Shown here in pieces: positions 25,346-32,000 of a stretch of DNA of 32,000 nucleotides. Both the position numbers and the translations under genes were made by a program. Positions within the stretch are counted from its first letter, which is position 1; each line of letters opens with the position of its first letter. The stretch is from Candidatus Electronema halotolerans (GTDB lineage: Bacteria; Desulfobacterota; Desulfobulbia; Desulfobulbales; Desulfobulbaceae): assembly GCA_942493095.1 (NCBI GenBank), contig OW818675.1:3030001-3062000 (forward strand), given 5' to 3'. The notes beneath the pieces were generated by a model. The model saw nothing but the letters and a program-made list of their open reading frames with translations. It had not been told where the DNA came from and made no database searches.

Positions 25346-26065
25346 TCAATACGAGAACGTGATGGACATGCCGCCGTAGAAGGCATCAGCACTCTCATCC
25401 GCTGCCGATGCAGCCGAGAGGTTGCTGCCTGCTGCCGCCTGGCTTGGCTCCAACTGGCGTGACCATTGCAGCTCTGGTGTGACTGTGAGAAAGCTGCCAT
25501 AGGAGACAGGCAGATTGAACGACATGCACACCGCCCTGCTGTCCGCATCCTCCTGACCGCTTGCCAGCGCAGAGGGCGACAGCAGCGTGGCTTTGGAAGC
25601 CACGCCAAAGGCCAGACTGTCGCTGATCTGAAATTCTTTGGCAAGATTGAAGGTCAGATACCACGGAGCCGCGCTGTCGTTGAGCAAGGTGTTCCGCTGC
25701 GAGTCAAAGTAGGTGTCAAAATTTGACAGCCCCTCGCCCCGTTTTTCTTCAGGATCAGCATAAAGATAGCCTGCGGAGAAACCAAGGCGGCTTCCTGATG
25801 TGCCTTCGTAGGACAGCGTGATGTCCTGTCCTTCCAGCGGCCCCTGCACATTGGCAAGACTTTTGAAGGTGCTTGCCGAGCGGCTCAGGGAGAATTCTCC
25901 CGGAGCATCAATGCCTCCGTACATGCCAGCGGCCAGAAGCAGGCTGCTGACAGCGGCGCTGTCCTTGCAGGCAGGAGTGCTGCAAGGTGAGGATGCCGCC
26001 GCAAAGGCAGGCATCCCGACCATCAAAATTGCTGTCAATTGGACAGTGCGTTTCTTCATCTTCAT
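25346..26065 (-). CDS. Putative small outer-membrane beta-barrel protein
   Basis: Signal peptide (MKMKKRTVQLTAILMVGMPAFAAA). The sequence has an alternating amphipathic character and a C-terminal ...GGMSITFSY with terminal aromatic residues typical of OMPs. No family was recognised with certainty. Confidence 0.6.
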   Translation of the reverse strand: MKMKKRTVQLTAILMVGMPAFAAASSPCSTPACKDSAAVSSLLLAAGMYGGIDAPGEFSLSRSASTFKSLANVQGPLEGQDITLSYEGTSGSRLGFSAGYLYADPEEKRGEGLSNFDTYFDSQRNTLLNDSAAPWYLTFNLAKEFQISDSLAFGVASKATLLSPSALASGQEDADSRAVCMSFNLPVSYGSFLTVTPELQWSRQLEPSQAAAGSNLSAASAADESADAFYGGMSITFSY

Positions 26066-26206
26066 TCTTCTTCATCCCAGGCTGTGTTGTGCGGCTGCCA
26101 TAGTGAGGCGCTTGGCAAATCCGCATGGAGGGCCTACTCTCAGTATAATGCCTGGCAGCAGGAATAACAATCCAAAAAGCTGAACTTGACAAAAAAGGTT
26201 TAAAAT

Positions 26207-27757
26207 TTAATATTTCCCGCAGGAAGCAGCGATTGCCCCGGCCAGATCGCTGATTGTGTATCGTTCCGGCTGGATATCCACCTTGAGTCCGTGCTGCCGC
26301 ACCGTCTCCGCCGTGACCGGGCCAATGGCGGCAATTTTGACCGCATCCAAGAGCTGATGCAGCTCGGCCTCATCCTGGGCATCAACCATAGTCAGAAAAT
26401 TGGTCACGGCTGAGGAGCTGGCAAAGGTGACAATGTCAATTTCCCGCGCCAGCAGCTGGCGGCGCAGCTCCTCTTTCCGGCCCGGCGGCGGCACGTTCTG
26501 ATACACCGGAGCTGCCGTGACCGAGCCGCCCGCATCCTCCAGCATTTCCGGCAGGGTTTCCATTGCCTTCAAAGCGCGGGGGAGCAGGAACCGTTTGCCC
26601 TGTGCCTCGCCTGCGGCAATCAAGGTCTTGGCCAGCTCTTCGCCGGTGAATTTGTCAGGAATCAGATCCGCCTTGAGACCGTATTTGCCGATCTCGTCAG
26701 CAGTAGTCCTGCCGACCGCGCCGATCTTGCAAGGAGCAAGAGCGCGGCTGTCCAAGCCTTTTTCATGCAGCCGCTTGAAAAAATAGATGACTGCGTTCAG
26801 GCTGGTGAAAAGCAGCCAGTGGTAGGTAGCCAGATTGCTCAGGGCTGTGTCGATAACCGAGCAGTCAGCTAACGGCTCAATGTGAATGGTCGGATATTCC
26901 AAGCATTCGGCTCCGTACTCCTCCAGCTTGGCGACTAATTCGCTGGCCTGCTCGCGGGTGCGCGTAACCACGATCCGCTTGCCGAACAAAGGGCGGCATT
27001 CGTACCAGTCAATGGTCTGGCGCAGCTTGACCACCTCGCCGACAATCACCAAGGCAGGCGGGGCAATCTTGGCGGCCTTGACCACCTCGGTGATGGTCGC
27101 CAAGGTGCCGACCACAGACCGCTGCTGCGGGGTCGAGGCCCAGCGCACCACGGCCACGGGCGTGTCCGGGGCGCGACCGTTGTCGATCAATTTCTTGCTG
27201 ATCACAGGCAGGTTCTTGATTCCCATATAGACGACAATCGTGCCCGCGCCAGTGGCCAGCTTGTCCCAAGCAATATTCGACTTCTCCTTGCCATCCGCCT
27301 CATGCCCGGTGACAAACGCCACTGAGGCGGTGTAATCGCGGTGGGTGATCGGAATGCCCGCGTAGGTGGCCGCAGCTGTGGCCGAAGTCACGCCCGGCAC
27401 CACCTCAAAGTCAATGCCCGCCTTGACTAATTCCTCAATCTCCTCTGCCCCGCGCCCAAAGATGAAGGGATCGCCGCCCTTGAGCCGAACCACCCGCCTG
27501 CCTGCCGCACCGTGCTCAACCAGCAGCCGGTTGATGCCCTCCTGGGGAATGATATGCTGGACCCCGCCTTTCTTGCCGACATAAATCCGTTCGGCAGTTG
27601 CAGGCGCATGGGACAACAGCTTGACATTGGCCAAGTGGTCATAGATCACCACTTCAGCCCGCTCCAGCAGAAATTTGCCGCGCAGGGTGATCAGGCCGGG
27701 GTCGCCGGGACCTGCGCCGACAAGATACACTTTACCTTTTTGAGGGATGTCATTCAT
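26207..27757 (-). CDS. cobA: Bifunctional uroporphyrinogen-III C-methyltransferase / uroporphyrinogen-III synthase
   Basis: The N-terminal SUMT domain has VYLVGAGPGDPGLITLRG and VVRLKGGDPFIFGRG. The C-terminal ~250 aa are HemD-like. This fusion is common in anaerobes. Confidence 0.9.
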   Translation of the reverse strand: MNDIPQKGKVYLVGAGPGDPGLITLRGKFLLERAEVVIYDHLANVKLLSHAPATAERIYVGKKGGVQHIIPQEGINRLLVEHGAAGRRVVRLKGGDPFIFGRGAEEIEELVKAGIDFEVVPGVTSATAAATYAGIPITHRDYTASVAFVTGHEADGKEKSNIAWDKLATGAGTIVVYMGIKNLPVISKKLIDNGRAPDTPVAVVRWASTPQQRSVVGTLATITEVVKAAKIAPPALVIVGEVVKLRQTIDWYECRPLFGKRIVVTRTREQASELVAKLEEYGAECLEYPTIHIEPLADCSVIDTALSNLATYHWLLFTSLNAVIYFFKRLHEKGLDSRALAPCKIGAVGRTTADEIGKYGLKADLIPDKFTGEELAKTLIAAGEAQGKRFLLPRALKAMETLPEMLEDAGGSVTAAPVYQNVPPPGRKEELRRQLLAREIDIVTFASSSAVTNFLTMVDAQDEAELHQLLDAVKIAAIGPVTAETVRQHGLKVDIQPERYTISDLAGAIAASCGKY

Positions 27758-27867
27758 GATGCAGTGGGGATGCTTATAGGTGCTTTGCTGATGACCGGCT
27801 TTCGGTCACGGCCCGCAGCATACCACAGACTGTTCCTTTGTGCCATAACTTCAAGCGCAGAGGTCTG

Positions 27868-28563
27868 TCAAGGCGCTTTGACCAGCGAGAGCAGGCCGTC
27901 AGCGGCCCGGCGGGCGGCCACGGCAAAGGCAAAGGCGTTCAGGCGCAGGCAGAGATAAAAATCCGAGCTGGGATTCCACGGTTTGGCCGGATCAAAGAAG
28001 CGGGCTGAACAGGGCGAGGCTTTGAGCTGGGGGATGACCGACTCCTCGTCAAACGGCTGGTCCGTGAGCAGGCATTCCAAATAGTCAGCGCAAAGATCGT
28101 CCTCATCAGTCGGCGTTTCCGCCTGCCAGCCCATTCTGACCAAGGTCACTGTTGCCGGAGATTGTCTTCTGATGTAGCGGGCTGTTGCGCTGGCATTGAC
28201 AAAGGCTCCGGTCAGCACTTCATCGGCCTGCGTCGCATTGACAATGCCCTGGGTGCCGGCATGGGTGGTCTGAATGACATGTTTCCGGCGCAGGTCGGCC
28301 TTGGCCAGCTCGGTCGGCGAATTGCCAAAGTCAAAGCCGTCCAATTTCCTGCCGCCCCGTTCCCCGATCAGCACCGGCTTGGCCAGTGCTTCCTGTTCCC
28401 GCAGAGCCAGTGCCTCGCCGACATCGCCGACCGGCAGAACCCGCGCCGCGCCGCCGTCCAGACAGCAGCAGACCGTGGAAAAAGCCCGGAACACATCAAT
28501 GATCACAGCAATGCCTTCCGCTTCCCGTGCTCCGGCAGTGAAGTCTTTTTTGAGAATTTTCAT
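27868..28563 (-). CDS. comB: 2-phosphosulfolactate phosphatase family protein
   Basis: The pattern VIIDVFRAFST...FGNSP fits the ComB family. I prefer the ATG at 28563 because the longer frame overlaps the actP terminator. Confidence 0.8.
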   Translation of the reverse strand: MKILKKDFTAGAREAEGIAVIIDVFRAFSTVCCCLDGGAARVLPVGDVGEALALREQEALAKPVLIGERGGRKLDGFDFGNSPTELAKADLRRKHVIQTTHAGTQGIVNATQADEVLTGAFVNASATARYIRRQSPATVTLVRMGWQAETPTDEDDLCADYLECLLTDQPFDEESVIPQLKASPCSARFFDPAKPWNPSSDFYLCLRLNAFAFAVAARRAADGLLSLVKAP

Positions 28564-28593
28564 AACGTCAGGCTGCTCCTTGTCTGCCTCGCC

Positions 28594-28632
28594 AAAAAAA
28601 GGCGGCACCCCGGCCAGTTCCGGGATGCCGCC
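28594..28632 (-). terminator. Rho-independent terminator after actP
   Basis: On the minus strand aggcggcatcccgg / ccggggtgccgcct form a 14-bp stem with one mismatch, followed by a 7-T run. Confidence 0.65.
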
Positions 28633-28657
28633 TTCCTTGATCCTGCTGCAAAAAATA

Positions 28658-30415
28658 TTACCGCATCACCATGCCCGGCACCCGGATGTCCTCAACCAGA
28701 TGCTGAATATGCTCCGGCGGCGGCGGGGTGATGCTGGATACGGCGTAGGCAACCGCAAAGTTGACTAATGCGCCAATGGTGCCAAAGGCTTCCGGGGAAA
28801 TGCCGAGGAGCCAGTTCTCAGCCACATTCTTGGCCATTTCCGTGCCCGGCATGAAGAACCAGCCCTTGAACCAGAAGATGTACACCAAGGTGACGCTGAG
28901 ACCGGCCAGCATGCCGGCAATCGCGCCTGCCTTGTTGATCCGCTTGACAAAGATGCCCATCATCAAGGCCGGGAAGATGGACGAGGCTGCCAGGCCAAAG
29001 GCAAGAGCCACGACCTGAGCTGCAAAGCCGGGCGGATTGAGGCCGAAATACCCGGCCACGACAATGGCTCCGGCCATAGCGATGCGGCCTGCCATCAGCT
29101 CGCCTTTGTCGCTCATGTTTTTGGCGACAATGCCTTTGAGCAGGTCATGCGAGATGGACGAGGAAATGGCTAAGAGCAGACCAGCAGCCGTGGAAAGCGC
29201 AGCGGCAATCCCGCCTGCGGCCACCAAGGCAATCACCCAGTTGGGCAGGTGGGCAATCTCCGGGTTGGCAAGGACCATGATGTCGCGGTCAACCGTGACC
29301 ATCTCATTCTCAGCGCCCTTGTAGTCAGGGCCGACATACTGGATGCGGCCATCGCCGTTCTTGTCCTCAAACTTGAGCAGGCCGGTCTTCTCCCAGTTCT
29401 TGAACCAGACAGGCCGTTCCTCCACCTTGAGCCACTGCCCGGTCGGGGTCTGCTGGGCCGCCTGGGCGGTGCTGGTGGGCCGGATGGTTTCCAGCAGATT
29501 GAACCGGGCCATTGCCCCGACTGCCGGAGCCGTGGTGTAGAGCAGGGCGATGAAGACTAACGACCAGCCCACAGACGAGCGCGCATCCTTAACCTTGGGC
29601 ACCGTGAAGAAGCGGGTGATGACGTGCGGCAGGCCAGCAGTGCCGATCATCAGGGTCATGGTGTAGAGGAAGATGTTCAAGGTGCTGCCGTGCTGACTGG
29701 TGTAGTTGTTGAAGCCAAGCTCAACCAGCACCTGATTCAGCTTGTCGAGCAGGAACATGTTGGAGCCGTCATTGAGCTGCGCGCCCAGACCGAGCTGGGG
29801 CACCGGATTGCCGGTGAGCTGGAGGGAGATGAAGACTGCGGGTACGGTGTAGGCAAAGATCAGGACGCAGTATTGGGCGATTTGGGTGTAGGTGATGCCC
29901 TTCATGCCGCCCATGACCGCATAGATGAACACAATGATCATGCCGACCAAGAGGCCGTACTCGTAGGGCATCTCCAGGAAGCGGGAAAAGGCCACGCCAA
30001 TGCCCTTCATCTGGCCGATGACGTAGGTCAGCGAGGCTGTGATCAAGCAGATGACCGCGACAACACGGGCTGTGCTGGAGTAGTAGCGGTCGCCGATAAA
30101 GGCGGGCACGGTGAACTTGCCGTACTTGCGCAAGTACGGGGCCAGCAGCATGGCTAAGAGGCAGTAGCCGCCAGTCCAGCCCATCAGGAAGACCGAAGCG
30201 TCATAGCCGCCAAAGGCGATCATGCCGGCCATGGAAATGAATGAGGCAGCTGACATCCAGTCCGCGCCAGTGGCCATGCCATTGAGGACCGGATGCACCC
30301 CTTTGCCTGCCACGTAGAATTCGCCGGTGGAACCGGCCCTGGCCTTGATCGCAATCCAGATGTAGAGGGCAAAGGTCGCGCCGACCACCAGATAGGTCAT
30401 TGTCTGCAAATCCAT
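28658..30415 (-). CDS. actP: Sodium:solute symporter family, cation/acetate symporter ActP-like
   Basis: 585 aa with multiple TM segments. The N-terminus GEFYVAGKGVHPVLNGMATGADWMSAASFISMAG is typical of ActP/VC_2705-type SSF transporters. A DUF4212 gene precedes it. Confidence 0.85.
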   Translation of the reverse strand: MDLQTMTYLVVGATFALYIWIAIKARAGSTGEFYVAGKGVHPVLNGMATGADWMSAASFISMAGMIAFGGYDASVFLMGWTGGYCLLAMLLAPYLRKYGKFTVPAFIGDRYYSSTARVVAVICLITASLTYVIGQMKGIGVAFSRFLEMPYEYGLLVGMIIVFIYAVMGGMKGITYTQIAQYCVLIFAYTVPAVFISLQLTGNPVPQLGLGAQLNDGSNMFLLDKLNQVLVELGFNNYTSQHGSTLNIFLYTMTLMIGTAGLPHVITRFFTVPKVKDARSSVGWSLVFIALLYTTAPAVGAMARFNLLETIRPTSTAQAAQQTPTGQWLKVEERPVWFKNWEKTGLLKFEDKNGDGRIQYVGPDYKGAENEMVTVDRDIMVLANPEIAHLPNWVIALVAAGGIAAALSTAAGLLLAISSSISHDLLKGIVAKNMSDKGELMAGRIAMAGAIVVAGYFGLNPPGFAAQVVALAFGLAASSIFPALMMGIFVKRINKAGAIAGMLAGLSVTLVYIFWFKGWFFMPGTEMAKNVAENWLLGISPEAFGTIGALVNFAVAYAVSSITPPPPEHIQHLVEDIRVPGMVMR

Positions 30416-30429
30416 AGTCTGTCGCTCCT

Positions 30430-30687
30430 TCAGTCTTCCTGAACGCCGAATTTCTTGTCAAGCTTGTTCATCCGCCAGGCATAGAAGAAGACGAGGATGA
30501 CGAAGCTGTAAATGGACCCCTGCTGGGCAAACCAGAAGCCGAGCGGATAGCCGCCTAAGATGTGAATGCTGTTCAGTAGCGGGGCCAAGAGTATCCCGCA
30601 GCCATAAGACACCAGAAACCAGACAGCCAGACAGCCGAGAACCAGCCGGATGTTGGCCTGCCAGTACGCTTGTGAGTCATTGCTCAT
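30430..30687 (-). CDS. DUF4212 small membrane subunit of the solute:sodium symporter
   Basis: 85 aa with two TM segments. It sits immediately upstream of the actP-like gene, which is the conserved pairing. Confidence 0.8.
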   Translation of the reverse strand: MSNDSQAYWQANIRLVLGCLAVWFLVSYGCGILLAPLLNSIHILGGYPLGFWFAQQGSIYSFVILVFFYAWRMNKLDKKFGVQED

Positions 30688-30812
30688 GCGTCTTTCTCCT
30701 CTTGTGAGTTGTATGATTGAATGCGACTCTCTCCTCAGTGCCGGAGCCGGGTCCGGTGTTGCACATTACCTGCTGTTCCACCCTTCTGTCAAGCTGGAAG
30801 AGAGGCGGAAGA

Positions 30813-31523
30813 TCACAATCTGCCGCTGCGCCCGGCCCGGTACAAGTCCTTCAGTGTGGCAATGCCGCCCTGGCGGAACTTCTTGACCAAGTAGAGAAAG
30901 AGGTAGGCGGTCTGGAGCGCGTCTTCGAGCGCGTCATGAGGCTTGAACCTGGGCAGGTTGAAGCTCTCAGTCAGCGCGTCCAAGTTGCAGGGCATGGACT
31001 GATCCGTGCTGCCGTAGAAGTCCTTGCTCCCTGCCTCCTGATAGCGGCGGGCCAGGCGCATGGTGTCAATGCTCGGATTGGCAAGGCTGCCGCCAAGGGT
31101 CTTCTTAGCCGCCTTGCTGAGAAAGTGCATGTCCAGATCAACAAAGTGGCCGACTAACAGGCTCTTGCCGCAGAACTCGACAAAGGCTGGCAGGACCTCC
31201 TCAAGAGGCGGGGCTTGGGCCAGCTGCTCCGGGGTGATGCGGTGAATCAGGGTGGCGAGGTTGGGCTGAATCTTGTCCGGGCGGACATGGCTGTGAAAGC
31301 AGTGGCTCGGCGCAATCTGCAACTGTTCGATGCGCACTGCGCCAATGGCGATGAGCTGATCCTTGCGGCGATGGAGGCCGGTCAGCTCAGTGTCAAAGAC
31401 CGTGAAGCTGTACTCATCCAGCGGCCTGCCCTGGTCGAACTCGGCAAACAGCACCGCATTCTTGCGCAGGACAGGATGCAGCTCTTGCAGGCCAAAGAGT
31501 TTGCGCAGCAAGGTCAGCAGCAT
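30813..31523 (-). CDS. DEDDh 3'-5' exonuclease (DNA polymerase III epsilon-like)
   Basis: Exo I motif FTVFDTELTGL, Exo II-like GHFVDLDMHFL and Exo III HDALEDALQTA. Confidence 0.8.
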   Translation of the reverse strand: MLLTLLRKLFGLQELHPVLRKNAVLFAEFDQGRPLDEYSFTVFDTELTGLHRRKDQLIAIGAVRIEQLQIAPSHCFHSHVRPDKIQPNLATLIHRITPEQLAQAPPLEEVLPAFVEFCGKSLLVGHFVDLDMHFLSKAAKKTLGGSLANPSIDTMRLARRYQEAGSKDFYGSTDQSMPCNLDALTESFNLPRFKPHDALEDALQTAYLFLYLVKKFRQGGIATLKDLYRAGRSGRL

Positions 31524-31651
31524 GGCTGCTGGCTGCTGTTACGCTGTAGGGCCACGGCCTTTTCAAGCTGCAAGCGTGCCTGGAGCTTCTCATCCCAGCG
31601 TTGCGCCGTCTCCTCTTTGAACCGCTCGTCGGTCATCATCCGGGCTGCTCA

Positions 31652-32000
31652 TCAGGCCGTGGTTATCTGGAGGATGTCCACCAGCCTGCCGCCGTAATCC
31701 GTGCGGATCATCTCCCAGAGGCCGGTGTAGTCGTTCACGGTCAGGTCGAGCGAGGTCAGGGCGGAACCGGCAAAACCGGAGAGGGTGAAATCGCCGTTGT
31801 GGGTCACAGCCAGCTCGGCCCCTGCGGCCCCGTCTTCCTGCATATCCAAAAGGCGGAAGACCAGCTCCTCCTGCTGGAGATCCTGCATCACCTCCACCCG
31901 CACCGTGCTGTCCGCAGACAGGCTGCCGCCGGTGACCACCACGTTGGGCGCAGCCGCGCTGCCGGTCAGGATTCCGTGTTCCGGCGGGTTGGGATGACTG
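31652..32000 (-). CDS. C-terminal part of an unidentified protein (ORF open to the window edge)
   Basis: The frame has no stop from 32000 down to the TGA at 31652-31654. The sequence is beta-rich with no recognised motif. Confidence 0.4.
   Translation of the reverse strand, partial: SHPNPPEHGILTGSAAAPNVVVTGGSLSADSTVRVEVMQDLQQEELVFRLLDMQEDGAAGAELAVTHNGDFTLSGFAGSALTSLDLTVNDYTGLWEMIRTDYGGRLVDILQITTA

Noticed and set aside
28162-30157. Plus-strand ORFs of 189, 164 and 177 aa opposite comB and actP
   Set aside because: They are antisense to well-supported genes and carry no motifs.
31215-31697. 160-aa plus-strand ORF
   Set aside because: It is antisense to the DEDDh exonuclease gene and the intergenic region.

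Overview
The window looks like chromosome from a Gram-negative, probably anaerobic (Desulfobacterota-like) bacterium; the taxonomic guess is low confidence. Most of it is ordinary housekeeping sequence: nifS-nifU, ppsA, dapA, phoH-ybeY-pdxJ, a GGDEF cyclase, rsmB, a cobalamin-riboswitch-controlled TonB receptor plus binding protein, cobA/hemD, comB, and a DUF4212-actP-exonuclease cluster. The exception is about 4.1-10.6 kb. There the 3' end of ppsA occurs three times as non-identical copies that differ almost only at synonymous sites. Between copies 1 and 2 lies a visibly AT-rich islet of about 2.9 kb. It carries a tightly packed four-gene operon: an ABC/AAA_15-type ATPase, a small protein with a PD-(D/E)xK nuclease-like motif, and two small overlapping ORFs, the last resembling DUF6516/TumE. 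I cannot assign this operon to any named defence or toxin-antitoxin system, so I rank it the best candidate for an undescribed anti-phage or abortive-infection module. Copies 2 and 3 are separated by a single-ORF IS66-family element that has no target-site duplication and non-contiguous flanks. An orphan Phd/YefM-like antitoxin remnant follows copy 3. Secondary observations are a secreted protein made of five tandem units of about 125 aa, a repeat module shared by two adjacent periplasmic genes (one fused to a DsbA domain), a long structured leader with duplicated promoter boxes, and a ybeY frame that has no stop codon and runs in frame into pdxJ. No CRISPR array, tRNA or rRNA was seen. All domain calls come from motif reading by eye, not from database searches.
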